NCBI RefSeq assembly: GCF_032444005.1
Contig: NC_091287.1
Span: 549,258,001 to 549,322,000 of the forward strand
Length of the DNA stretch: 64,000 nt
Source of the DNA: Ranitomeya imitator
Lineage: Eukaryota
Direction: 5' to 3'
Made by a program: the position numbers and the translations under genes
Notes under the pieces: generated by a model
The model's input: only the letters and a program-made list of their open reading frames with translations
The model's database searches: none
Told to the model about the DNA's origin: nothing
In this document: piece after piece, positions 1 through 13,365 of the stretch
Numbering within the stretch: position 1 is the stretch's first letter
Layout: each line of letters opens with the position of its first letter

Positions 1-198
1 AAGTCCTAGTGCACTGTGTTCCCAGTTAAAAATAATGGAACCAAGAACACTGCACATTTATGGTCATGGACAAAAAATATAGAGACAATGGTCCATACTC
101 AGCCCTGAAACAGTCAGATGGTCCCCCAATAAGAAGTCCTGTCTGGAGGGTACATGGACCTACGTGATCCGACACACAGTGTCTTTTTCAAGGTAGAT

Positions 199-2048
199 GT
201 CATATAGTATAATGCACAGCCCTTAGTCATCCATACAGCATAATTCACAGCCCACAGTCATCCATGTAGTATAATGCGTAGCCCTTAGTCATCCATATTG
301 TATAATGCGCAGCCCATAGTCATCCATGTAATATAATGCACAGCCCATAGTCATCCATACAGTATAATTCACAGCCCATAGTCATCCATATAGTATAATG
401 AGCAGCCAGCCCATAGTCATCCATGCAGTATAATGTACAGCCCATAGTCATCCATGTAGTATAATGCGTAGCCCTTAGTCATCCATATCGTATAATGTGC
501 AGCCCATAGTCATCCATGTAGTATAATGTACAGCCCTTAGTCATCCATTTAGTATAATTCACAGCCCATAGTCATCCATGTAGTATAATGCGTGGCCCTT
601 AGTCATCCATATCGTATAATGTGCAGCCCATAGTCATCCATGTAGTATAAAGCACAGCCCATAGTCATCCATGTAGTATAAAGCACAGCCCACAGTCATC
701 CATGTAGTATAATGCACAGCCCATAGTCATCCATGTAGTATAATGCACAGCCCATAGTCATCGACGTAGTAAAATGCACAGCCCATAGTCATCCACGTAA
801 TATAATGCGCAGCCCATAGTCATCCATATAGTATAATGAGCAGCCAGCCCATAGTCATCCATGCAGTATAATGTACAGCCCATAGTCATCCATGTAGTAT
901 AATGTACAGCCCATAGTCATCCATGTAGAATAATGCACAGCCCATAGTCATACATGTAGTATAATGCACAGCCCATAGTCATCCATGTAGTATAATGTAC
1001 AGCCCATAGTCATACATTTAGAATAATGCACAGCCCATAGTCATACATGTAGAATAATGCACAGCCCATAGTCATCCATGTAGCATAATGTACAGCCCAT
1101 AGTCATCCATGTAGAATAATGTACAGCCCATAGTCATCCATGTAGTGTAATGTACTACATACCCCTGCATATAATGCACAGCCCAGTCATCCATGTCATA
1201 TAATGTACAGCCCATAGTCATACATGTAGAATAATGCACAGCCCATAGTCATCCATGTAGTATAATGCACAGCCCATAGTCATCCATGTAGTATAAAGCA
1301 CAGCCCACAGTCATCCATGTAGTATAATGCACAGCCCATAGTCATCCATGTAGTATAATGCACAGCCCATAGTCATCGACGTAGTAAAATGCACAGCCCA
1401 TAGTCATCCACGTAATATAATGCGCAGCCCATAGTCATCCATATAGTATAATGAGCAGCCAGCCCATAGTCATCCATGCAGTGTAATGTACAGCCCATAG
1501 TCATCCATGTAGTATAATGTACAGCCCATAGTCATACATGTAGAATAATGCACAGCCCATAGTCATACATGTAGTATAATGCACAGCCCATAGTCATCCA
1601 TGTAGTATAATGTACAGCCCATAGTCATACATTTAGAATAATGCACAGCCCATAGTCATACATGTAGAATAATGCACAGCTCATAGTCATCCATGTAGCA
1701 TAATGTACAGCCCATAGTCATCCATGTAGAATAATGTACAGCCCATAGTCATCCATGTAGTGTAATGTACTACATACCCCTGCATATAATGCACAGCCCA
1801 GTCATCCATGTCATATAATGTACAGCCCATAGTCATACATGTAGAATAATGCACAGCCCATAGTCATCCATGTAGTATAATGTACAGCCCATAGTCATAC
1901 ATGTAGAATAATGCACAGCCCATAGTCATCCATGTAGTATAATGCACAGCCCATAGTCATCCATGTAGTATAATGCACAGCCCATAGTCATCCATGTAGT
2001 ATAATGTATATTCCACAGTCATACATATAGTATAATGCATAGCCCATA
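199..2048. repeat. Minisatellite, ~31-bp unit CAGCCCATAGTCATCCATGTAGTATAATGCA
   Basis: Directly visible tandem array with a 615-bp internal duplication. Confidence 0.97.
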
Positions 2049-4308
2049 GCTTCTGCCTTACCAATGGCAATACATGAGGTGGGACCACACATGTGAGACA
2101 TTTCTGCGATATCCTTTATCTTCTACTTAAACGGGTGGCTAAAGCTTGTCTGTTTATTTTTCTAATTTTTTCTCAGAAACGGTGCCGCTCTTCTCCATGG
2201 TCTGAGTTTAGTATTCAGTTTCATTAATTGGAATATGTACACCATGGACAACAATGGGCCTCTTTAGGGAAAAAAATAAAGACACCCCTTTAAGGTCATC
2301 AAGGAGAAGTGGAGTCCTATTCCATTATGTTTTACCCTGAATTCACATCATTACTTGTCCCCTGAATGGCAACAAGGACTTTTTGTGAACCCTTTTGTCA
2401 ACGGACTGAAATGGTGGTTGCCCAAAACAAGTAGTCACCTGACTGCAAATGGCGACATTTAGCTTGTGAAGGGGAACACAGGGAGCGGACTCCGGTGAAG
2501 GAGGGAGGGCTGATGGGTCAAAAGGAGACAAAAACAAAGGAGTCCAAAAATAAGAAACCTGCAGTGTTCATCATAGGAAGTTCAATCATCAATACTACCC
2601 TAGCCCATCAGGAATGTTATCATTAGTACCAGAAATGCCCTGGCCCACCAGGAATATTATCATTTATCTCTTTACTGCCCTAGCCCATCAGGGATGTTCT
2701 CATTAATCCTTTCATTGCCTTGAGCCACCAGGAATATAATTAATCTCCTCTTGGCCGTAGCCCACCTATTAATTGTGAAGGAGAGAATGGCTAATTAAAT
2801 CAATTATTAACTTCAGATGTAGTGAGGCAAGATGGCGTCTGCATCCTGGAACAACGCCCTGGAAGGGATTCTTGGAATGTGAAGTGGATACACTGGAGAG
2901 TCGGCCATATATGGAGCAGACCTAACATGGACCCATCACAGACTGACATGATGGTTGTTCAGGAGATGTGCGACACCCTTTTTCTGCCTGTTACATGATC
3001 TTTTGTTCTGTACTAATACAATCAGTTGTGTGCCAGACTTTGCTGAGAGAGGAGCACGTATCTGACCTCTGTGTCCGATGTAATTCTTCTATGCGTGCAC
3101 TTGGCTCATATTTATTAGGTCAGGGCCAGGCAATCACTGAGATCTCACTTTATCACCCCCACAGAGTCAAGGACAAGTACTAATTCCCTGAGGATACAGA
3201 CGATGGTGGTCGGGTAACGGCATGTATGCGACTTGAATACGGTGCTAGTAGCTCTTAACCGCAAGTGTGCGAATCGCGTGACTGCTGCTCGCACCGGCAA
3301 TGGGCAGCAATCTAATACCATAATAATAAATGATACCACTCCGCCATGCTTTATTCATTTAATACAGTTAAATCAGGGTAAGATACAGAAGCGACCATCA
3401 CTAATTCTTCCAACACTTGTGCCGACGTGATAATTTCGAGGGGGGGTAATCACACAGTCGCCCCCATAGCACTACTTTACTGGAGAGGAGTGAAATCACT
3501 TCAACTACTACTAAAAAGGAGCTGCCAAAAATACTGTAAAAGGGACTATTGTGGTAACTGGCGAGCAGGTTAAGACACCAATTGGACCCATACGTCTCAC
3601 TGGTCCAAGGAGACAGATAAAAGGGGTCCACACTGAAAGCCAGAGACTTTGGCTGACAGGTTCCCCACCCGAGTCCCACAAACTCATGTACACTTGGATT
3701 GGCAGTCATGACTTCCCAACGGGGAGAGGGCAATAAGCAGCTGAAGACACCTCGGGAAATGTCCAGCAGGACTTCCAACATGTCTGATCTTTCTTCTTCC
3801 TGACGGCAGAGGACTTTTGCGCCTACGTATAGTCTTCTGATCCCACCTAAATCGATCGGCTTGGCTGACGTACATCTAATGTTTGGGCTCCTTTAGAAAA
3901 CAAGGAGTTGTAGTCAGTAGTGATGATTGTTTTCTGAACCTTTGAACGTACGATGGGTCTCGGTGAAGGAACCACAATTATATCCTAGCTGCAAACACAA
4001 GACGTGTCTGGAAATCTTCAACCACCGGCTCGGCTAAAAGGGAGAAATAGAGACAGGCACCTCCCATCAACGCAAAATGGGAGTAGACAAGACCAGACCG
4101 TCAGAAGACGAAATGCAGCCGCTCAGTACAGGGAAGGCTTTTCTACTTCACAATGTGGAGACTTGTAGACGTGTAATCATTGGAAATGGGTATCTGGAGG
4201 ACATCCATGCTTCATCTAAGTTTCATCTCACAGTGCAGCTACAATGACAGACACCGGCTTATAATGTCACATTTATATACACAGATGTGGCCGGCCCCTG
4301 AGGTTCCC

Positions 4309-4488
4309 TCAAAAGTGAGTTTCACTGACAGTGTCAATGGCACGGATGTGGACGCTGGGGAGGCAGAACCATGAGAGGGGCAGTTCTCGTCCGGAGTTGT
4401 CATCTTGAAACTTTATGTCCAAGTAAAAATCACCAGTGTATAGAAACAGTAGAGAACCGAAGCAGACAGAATGTTCTGTAGGCTCGAC
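4309..4488 (-). CDS. TRAPPC9: Terminal coding exon of trafficking protein particle complex subunit 9 (NIBP)
   Basis: Minus strand reads ttttctgcag|GTC GAG CCT... and translates VEPTEHSVCFGSLLFLYTGDFYLDIKFQDDNSGRELPLSWFCLPSVHIRAIDTVSETHF*. This matches the vertebrate TRAPPC9 C-terminus as I recall it (LLFLYTGDF...ELPPSWFCLPSVHV). Canonical AG acceptor at 4490-4489, TGA at 4311-4309, phase 0. Confidence 0.96.
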   Translation of the reverse strand, partial: VEPTEHSVCFGSLLFLYTGDFYLDIKFQDDNSGRELPLSWFCLPSVHIRAIDTVSETHF

Positions 4489-4961
4489 CTGCAGAAAAGA
4501 GGGAATCCTGAGTTATATTCTGTATTATACTCCAGAGCTGAACTCATTGTTCTTCAACAATTTAAAACTAAACATTTCTTTCAAAAAAATAACCATAATG
4601 TCTGAATGAATCTGTCAGTAGGATCTTCCTTCCTAAACCGTCTATATGGGCATGCAGGTCATAAGATGGTGACTAAAATGATACCTTGATATCTATAATC
4701 TGATATCTTTTTCTTAAGCTGTTAAGATCTAAGGGCCGTACATAGATCTCCCTGAGAAATTGCATTAAGAGCTTATTTCAATTGAAAGGGGGAGTTATCA
4801 GTGTGAGACATGTAATGACTGATAGTCGGCTCTCCTGATCAGTGCAGAGCTGAGTGTGATTACAACTAACAGTACAGCAGAGCTGAACTTTCTCTCATTA
4901 CAAACACTTCTGCAGCTGCAGCTCTCCTCCTGTAGTGCTGTCAGCTCAGCTGTACTGCTCC

Positions 4962-4985
4962 CACACACACACACACACACACACT
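4962..4985. repeat. (CA)n microsatellite
   Basis: cacacacacacacacacacacac. Confidence 0.95.
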
Positions 4986-5496
4986 GGCTGCCTGTGTCAT
5001 GGAAGCTGAAGAGGGTTGATCGTACTGACAGATTCACTTTTTAAAAAAAAAAGATGAAAAAGAAAAATGTGAAATATTTTTTACAATTTTTTGGACTTTT
5101 TCTTCTGATATCGCGAAAAAACACTAAAATATAATGACTGAAAAATAAAGCCTAGTGTAACACAAAAAAAGACCTAAACGATCAAAAACTTTAAAAGGGA
5201 TTGTCCAATGAAAACAAGACAAAAACCTATAAAATCTGTGGTGGTTCGAATACTGTGACCCGCACCAGTTAGCAGAGCAGGCAACTGTCGAAATGGAGCA
5301 GCAGTGCGCATGCTGGATCCATTCACTATCTAGGGGGCTCTGCGCTTGTCGTTTTTCGGCAGCTGTATAGAAAATTAATGGAATGGTAGTCGGGCCCCCA
5401 CCTGTGACTCCATTTTCTAATGGGGATAAAAGTAATAGGAGAGGTGATGATAACTCATTTTCAGAGAACAAACCCTTTAAAACTTTCAAGCCCACA

Positions 5497-5990
5497 TTTA
5501 ATAGGTGGTGCTAGAATTCTTGTCTTCTTCCTCTCTGAAGAGACAATTTGCATATTTAATTTCCCAGAGGAGCATGCATGGCCTATAAGTCTCCTCACTA
5601 TAACATGCCAAGCTTGACTTGTCACTCACCACAAAGAGAAACGTTACTCTTTAGACCACAGTCCAAAGCGTCTCACCTAGCCAAATCAGATCTCATACTT
5701 TGCACTGCTGAGGCTTCAACACCCCGAAACACGTGTTTGCAAATTGAGAATCTGGTTCGGCTTCAATCCTAAGACATATTGCAAGGCTCGTTAAAGGGTC
5801 AATATTGACTTTTAGGGTTGCTGCTTTCATTAGGTGGTACTAGAGTTTTAGTCGTTTTTCTCTCTGAAGGGACAATATGCATAATTAATTTATCAGAAAA
5901 GCATGCGTGGCCTATAAGTCTCCTCACTCAGGCTTGGCTTGTCACTCTCTACAAGGAAAAATGTTACTCCTCAGACCCCAAGCCCACATC
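5497..5990. repeat. Diverged direct repeat pair (two copies ~330 bp apart), probably an old interspersed repeat
   Basis: taggtggtgctagaattc...gcatgcatggcctataagtctcctcact at ~5500-5600 recurs as taggtggtactagagtt...gcatgcgtggcctataagtctcctcact at ~5830-5930. Confidence 0.8.
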
Positions 5991-6152
5991 TAAGGAGTAA
6001 CATGAACAGGTTAAAATTTGTATGGCACACAAGTATAAAATACGGTACAAAGCTGGAACACCTTTTAGCTGACCCCACATTGAAGTTTAGGTATTTTATA
6101 CATTCAGAACTTTAGTCTCGGGAATGGATCAACGACCTCGGAAAATACTCAC

Positions 6153-6376
6153 AGAACCAATAAAGAAAGTGCTGGAGCCGACGAATGTGACAATGTTTTT
6201 CAGGTTGTAGTTATGGACCCCGTTCTGATAGTCTTGGTACGGGATGACGGAAAGGGCAAACGGGCCCACCACGGTGGTACTGCAATTAGTCAATTTAACT
6301 TCGAGGTGTATGGGATCGCCAACCCTACAGTCCGCAATGATGTCACAGTCACAAGGTTTCCCGTCCACCAACACAT
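6153..6376 (-). CDS. TRAPPC9: Penultimate coding exon of TRAPPC9 (224 nt)
   Basis: Acceptor tttttgtgttacag|AT and donor TCT|gtgagt. Translates (D)[74 protein letters not shown], recognisably TRAPPC9, and splices in frame to the 4309-4488 exon. The supplied ORF 6129..6494 over-extends into introns. Confidence 0.96.
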
Positions 6377-6676
6377 CTGTAACACAAAAACATTGAAGTA
6401 TGAATATTTGTGAACATTTTTTAATTTTATTTTTTACTTCATAAAATAAAGTGACCCCGATACAGTAATGTAGCCCACCTATATACCCTTTCACCAGTAA
6501 GGATTGCCAAGAGAATACTGTTTTGTTGTGTGCTTCGCTATAAAATCATTACAAGCCTGGGTAAAGAAAGTTCTAGTTTATCTCCAGGCTTAAAAAAGTT
6601 GTCCACTTATCCTATTGGAGCATTTGGGGGTCTCCTTCCAGGAGTCGGGAAGTGCATCTACATAAAAGATTAGATA

Positions 6677-8461
6677 TATAATCTGCTACTCACTAGCCAC
6701 ATAATCTGCTGCTCACTAGATACATAATCTGCTGCTCACTAGCTACATAATCTGCTGCTCACTAGCTACATAATCTGCTGCTCATTAGCTACATAATCTG
6801 CCGCTCACTAGCCACATAATCTGCCGCTCACTAGATACATAATCTGCTGCTCACTAGCTACATAATCTGCTGCTCAGTAGCTACATAATCTGCTGCTCAG
6901 TAGCTACATAATCTGCTGCTCAGTAGATACATAATCTGCTGCTCACCAGCCACATAATCTGCTGCTCACTAGCCACATAATCTACTGCTCACTAGCTACA
7001 TAATCTGCTGCTCACTAGCCACATACTCTGCCGGTCACTAGATACATAATCTGCTGCTCACTAGCTACATAATCTGCTGCTCACTAGCTACATAATCTGC
7101 TGCTCACTAGCTACATAATCTGCTGCTCACTAGCCACATAATCTGCTGCTCACTAGCCACATAATCTACTGCTCACTAGCTACATAATCTGCTGCTCACT
7201 AGCTACATAATCTGCTGCTCACTAGCCACATACTCTGCCGGTCACTAGATACATAATCTGCTGCTCACTAGCTACATAATCTGCTGCTCACTAGCTACAT
7301 AATCTGCTGCTCACTAGCTACATAATCTGCTGCTCACTAGCCACATAATCTGCTGCTCACTAGCCACATAATCTTCTGCTCACTAGATACAGAATCTGCT
7401 GCTCACTAGCCACATAATCTGCCGCTCACTAGATACATAATCTGCTGCTCAGTAGATACATAATCTGCTGCTCACTAGCCACATAATCTGCTGCTCACTA
7501 GCCACATAATCTACTGCTCACTAGCTACATAATCTGCTGCTCACTAGCCACAATCTGCTGCTCACTAGCCACAATCTGCTGCTCACTAGATACAGAATCT
7601 GCTGCTCACTAGCTACATAATCTGCTGCTCACTAGCCACATACTCTGCCGGTCACTAGATACATAATCTGCTGCTCACTAGCTACATAATCTGCTGCTCA
7701 CTAGCTACATAATCTGCTGCTCACCAGCTACATAATCTGCTGCTCAATAGCCACATAATCTGCTGCTCACTAGATACATAATCTGCTGCTCAGTAGCTAC
7801 ATAATCTGCTGCTCAGTAGCTACATAATATGCTGCTCAGTAGATACATAATCTGCTGCTCACTAGCCACATAATCTGCTGCTCAGTAGATACATAATCTG
7901 CTGCTCACTAGCCACATAATCTACTGCTCACTAGCTACATAATCTGCTGCTCACTAGCCACAATCTGCTGCTCACTAGATACATAATCTGCTGCTCACTA
8001 GATACATAATCTGCTGCTCACTAGATACATAATCTGCTGCTCACTAGCTACATAATCTGCTGCTCACTAGATACATAATCTGCTGCTCACTAGCTACATA
8101 ATCTGCTGCTCACCAGCTACATAATCTGCTGCTCAATAGCCACATACCGTAATCTGCTGCTCACTAGATACATAATCTGCTGCTCAGTAGCTACATAATC
8201 TGCTGCTCACAGCTACATAATCTGCTGCTCAATAGCCACATAATCTGCTGCTCAGTAGCTACATAATCTGCTGCTCAGTAGATACATAATCTGCTGCTCA
8301 CTAGCCACATAATCTACTGCTCACTAGCTACATAATCTGCTGCTCACTAGCCACAATCTGCTGCTCACTAGATACATAATCTGCTGCTCACTAGATACAT
8401 AATCTGCTGCTCACTAGATACATAATCTGCTGCTCACTAGATACATAATCTGCTGCTCACA
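6677..8461. repeat. Minisatellite, 23-bp unit CATAATCTGCTGCTCACTAGCTA
   Basis: Directly visible, about 75 copies. Confidence 0.97.
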
Positions 8462-11400
8462 AAAAACTCATTACCATAAAATGTAACTTTTAATTATTAT
8501 CAATAAAAATACACAGCAAAAAGCGACTCTACTACACGTAACCAGGCCATATACACTAGTCAGAATTTCTTGTGATGGTATCCAAAAGAAACAATAGCAC
8601 AGGTCTTCATTTTCCTTATAATTCCCTAATGTGCCCCCTACCTACTGCAGAGGTTGGCACACTACCTTGAACGCAATAGTGGCGTCCCCTCTCAATGATG
8701 GCAACCCCTAGATCCACCCTGTTGCTCCCTTGCTAGCCAGAAATGATGTCTGGTCATAGCCACCAGGACTACATGTATTAAGAAATTGGGTATGTGAACG
8801 GTTGATCATTTGGATGTTTTGGGTTGTCATTTTGATTTAAAAAGAGAAAACACAGTAGTTTGACAATAAATGGCTTCACCCAACCACTAACCATGGGATG
8901 TTACCATCAGGTTGGTTTTCCCAACTAAGGTACCTCCTAGGATGATCCATGAACATCTGATAGATAGGAGTTCCCACCCGTGACCTCAACCCTTGGAGAG
9001 AATAGAGGGGTCTTCTGACCAGAGAACTTGCTTAATTTCCCACCAGAATGCCCCAGATGACTTAATGCACCCAACCACGGAAACTATGGTGCCTCAAAAG
9101 GTCCTTCTGTTCCACCAGAGGAGACCAATACAAGAAATGATCTGTAATAGTTGGTGGTACTCCCTTAACACAAATCTCAAGTTGCACCTCTTGGTCAAAA
9201 AGGGATCAGAAGTGGACTCCTTGGAACTGTAGGGATGCGCCTGGTAACCCCACACGTAAGGGCTGAGAAATTTTGCAAAAATAACGAGCACACACGACAA
9301 GCCATTTCCTGGCTCTGTTCCACCACCATAAACTCTCCGGGACGCTCATCAGATGGGTTTATTACAATATTACTTCTTTATAGTTTACAATATCTCGCTC
9401 CGGAAACATTATCCCTGGGAATCAATGTCGATAAAGACAAATCCTCTGACTCGTCATGTACCGGCGGCATCATAGCCTTGGCGTCTCACGCGCCCCGCTC
9501 TACTTGATGTATATTCAGTACAAATACTCGTGTGAACTACAATCTACTCTAATGAACTCAAGATAAAGTGTATGATGTCGGGATGAGAGTCTTCTGCGAC
9601 ATCTGTCTGAAGTGGAGATTTCTCCCGGAATCGATGGGTTTTGATAAAACTTGAAAGTTTCACTTCTAAAGAAACAAGTAAGTTATAGGTAAGAGAAATT
9701 ACTGAGTTCGCCCGGGCTCATGTGTTTCAGGACAGTCGTAAGAAGTCTACAATATCCAACATCATAATCTACCGGCTCATCTTATTTTCCATTGGGGGGG
9801 CTCTAGCCAATCTGCCCCCTAAACATTAACATTAAAGGGGTATTCCCATCTCCAAGATCCTTTCTTAATATGTAGTAGGTGTAAGAATGAAAATTGTAGA
9901 TCTGCGGGGGCGGAGCATGACTTCTGCCTGGTCATGCACGCCCTGCCCTCGCAGACTTTGCCCCTGCACTGGCCATTTATCAGTATATCAAACTTTCCTG
10001 GAGTGTTTCTTTAACTACGCTGAAGACTATTCTCAACATGTAATCATGACAAATTCTGTAGCTTCTATCTCCCAACCGCTATATCCCAGCTGGAAGGTGA
10101 ATTTAATTATATTACTGGATAAAAACACAAGGGAGTAGCCGAACTTCTTTCACTTCTAAATCGCTCTGGTTTAATGTTTAATAGAAGTTTCAGAGCCTCA
10201 GTAATTTTTGCAGCAGGCAGGAAAGTGCTGGATAAAAATAGGCCAAAGCAATCAAATAAATGAAGCAATATTGATGATATCATGAAGCCTCCCCTGCTCT
10301 GGGCCAAAGGACGAAGACGAGGCTGCACCTACCAACAAGTAGACAGAGATGGATGGCTTCATGAGAGAGACTATATATTTAATGTAGACAAGACCAAAAT
10401 ATATCAGATAGAGGTGGGTTGAATGCACATTTGGCCGACTGCAATCTTATCCAACCCCCACTGACCAATGCTTCACTTCCTCGACACAATCGAACAGGGC
10501 AGAGACCATCCATCATACATCAGATTGTCTGGTGGGTTCAGACTACGTTAATGTCTTTGTGGGATTTCAAGGGGTTGTTTGGCCAAAATGAAACTTTGCC
10601 CAGTGGACTGAATACTGTATGTAAAACATAATATAAATTTATCTTACTCATCTACTGGCATCCACCTAAATTCAGCAAGACACTATGTTCTGCGAGGAAA
10701 AAGGAAGCGGTGATATCACTCTTCAACCAGACAGCTACGGCATGTGTTTGGCTGTAACTGTTAGGTGACTTTTAGCAGCACATAACCATAAAACATCCAT
10801 TGCAGCACTGCTGAAATCACGTGACTGATGCAGCTAATCACCAGCAGCAGTGGTCCAATGGTTGGTGGAACGGTGAAATCACTGCTTCATGTCTCTATTT
10901 AGACCACGGAGTAGCCGGTGTTCGATTCTTGTTGATGCCGGTAAGTGAGTAGGACTAAGATTGTTATGTTTTACATATTTAGTCTCCTGAGCCAAGTTTT
11001 CCTTTGCCCTTGCAACAATCCCTTTAAAGCGACTCTCAAGGAATGTAATAAAATAGCTCTGTCATGTAATTCAAGCAGCAGGCCATCCTAGTCACGTGAC
11101 GGAACGGACTAGAGTCTGAGGAAACACAACACCCGAGACCTCTGTCTCAACTGATCGAGGACCTGTATCATAAGCACACATGCCTCCATGAGACAAGGAA
11201 AAGGGAAGTGACAAGAGAAAAAAATATCTTCTCCTTGGCAGGCTGTGCATAGAGGACTGAGACTGGTGGAAAAAGTTTTTGTGCTCAGTCAAAAAAAAAA
11301 AAGATTAATTTATTCTCCTTTCACAGCCTTTCTACTAGTTATTCAGAGGTATGTGTGCTTACAACACAGCTCCTCTGTCAGTTGAGACACAGGTCTTGGG

Positions 11401-13365
11401 ATTTGTGTTTCTTCAGACTGCAAACCATTCTGACTAGGATAGGCTGCTGTTTTAATTACATGACGGGGGCATTTTATTACATTCTTGGTCAGGTTCTTTC
11501 TTCCCAATGAGAACAGCACCTTACTTTAGATGACATCTTAGATTGGATGGCAAGATGGAGGCCTTATTTTCAAAAATGGGAAAGTATGGATGAAGTACAA
11601 AAACCACGTAGTTGATCTTAGGATGATACCTTAGTTTGGACCCAAAGACATCAAAATTATGGGTAAGAAGAACCCCTATAAAAGTTATAGCTGAGAGAAA
11701 AAGATACCCATAGACAATAGATGGCAATGAGCTATTCCTCCTGACTCCTATATACGTGCATGCTCCACCAAAGTGTGCATGTATTCTCAATAGACAGGTG
11801 GGAATAATGCAATGTCAGAATCCTCTACTGTTCAAATACGACATGCGCCATCCTTCTTTATGTCAGTATGTGTTATCAAGAGAAGGCAAGACCATTCCCA
11901 CCAAATCGACAGGCTCAGCCAACTTTCACAGTATCTTTGGCTTTGAAGGACCATTAACTCCCTGATGCCAGGCAGCTCCTAACTCATTAATTGATGGACG
12001 TGGACAGTTGTGTAAATGGGACCCAATAGATCAGAAAACCTCATGGAAAATTGCTTTAGGTGGGCCGGCCAAAAGTGGACACTTTACAAAAGAAACAGTC
12101 TACACTCGAATTGTAATTTCACGGAGAACACAAGTAAACAGAGCAAGATGTCTGGTGTGTAAGGCTTCTTATCCATGTAAGGGTTAAGGCGGTAGGTAGA
12201 TAGCGCAAATAAGATTAAGATGAAAACAGACCCTTTAATTGAGAACAGCAGTGTCCCATAAAAGGGAACAATCACCACGTGTCATCTATTACCAGGCACT
12301 TATAGAGCATGAAGCACCCATGGAAATACTGGAGTCATAATGACATTATCACCAATTTACACAGAGCAGGAGCCGAGATTACCGGGCGTATGTCACGGGA
12401 TCTGGTCCTCGGAGAGCGCGGCGGGGCACTGCTGCAACCACGGACCATCTGGAGGGACGCAGAACGCTTATTTGTTTGCAGAGTCAATGATGCTGAAGCC
12501 CTACACCAGAGATGGAAGCTTCTCCACGGGGGGGACTTTACTGATTTGGGGTAAACAGAGGGCGAAGTCGGTGGAATAGGACCCAATGTGGACGCCACCA
12601 TCTTTAGTGGGGACCGTTCAAAACTTTGCAAGGAGCAAAATCAATTTGACGCTTTTCCAGGGTGGAGTCCTGTGCAAAATGATAGGTAGTGAGAATGACT
12701 GACCATGGCTCTCTGAATAGATGGGGGATCAGGCATGCTCTTCACACGGCGGACCCTCATTCCTGTGGGTGCAGAGGTCACACCGACACTGATCGTGATG
12801 ACGGCGGCGGAGTGTACGGGATGTTTGCGCACAAGCAATTTTCAGTTATACCTGAAAACAAGTCTGGATTGTATCAATGGCTCTCCATAAAATGAGTTTC
12901 TTCCAAGATCTTACATAGGACTGCTGGTAAGCCAAGTGCCTTGTGTAAGGTCAGAGATGTCCTAGAAGTGTGGTATAAAGGCGGAGCGCTTCTTGCGACG
13001 AGAGATAATGAGGCTACTCGGTAACACAGGCGAAATCTGTGCAACATGAACTCATCTTCCGCCTTTCGCTGCTACCATGCAGAACGCGAGAGGCGGCTGC
13101 CGAGCTCCAGGGGGGCGACAATCTGTTACCGTCCAGGCAAGAGGGAGTTAAACATGTGACAATAAGAACAGGAACATATGCCTCAGATCAGTCATGGCTC
13201 CTCCGGCAGATGGAGTGCACCGCAGCGCTAATGTTTAACAAGGCCACAATGTCTCCTGACTTTACTGCACAGATAAGAGGCGCCATGATGAGAGGAGAAC
13301 GAGGGGTGGGCCGGCGGAAAGCGATAACGACGAGTTATAACAAGAGAAACGTCAATATAGTGCTC

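Noticed and set aside
2340-4060. Possible decayed retroelement or coding sequence downstream of the TRAPPC9 stop
   Set aside because: No convincing motif in any frame. It may include the 3' UTR (a minus-strand AATAAA lies at 3350-3355), but the transcript end cannot be fixed from sequence.
8640-9500. Possible DIRS or other retroelement pol remnant on the minus strand
   Set aside because: Short motif resemblances (QQGGSR, DATIAF, RGWVH) are not in the expected order. Unsupported without a search.
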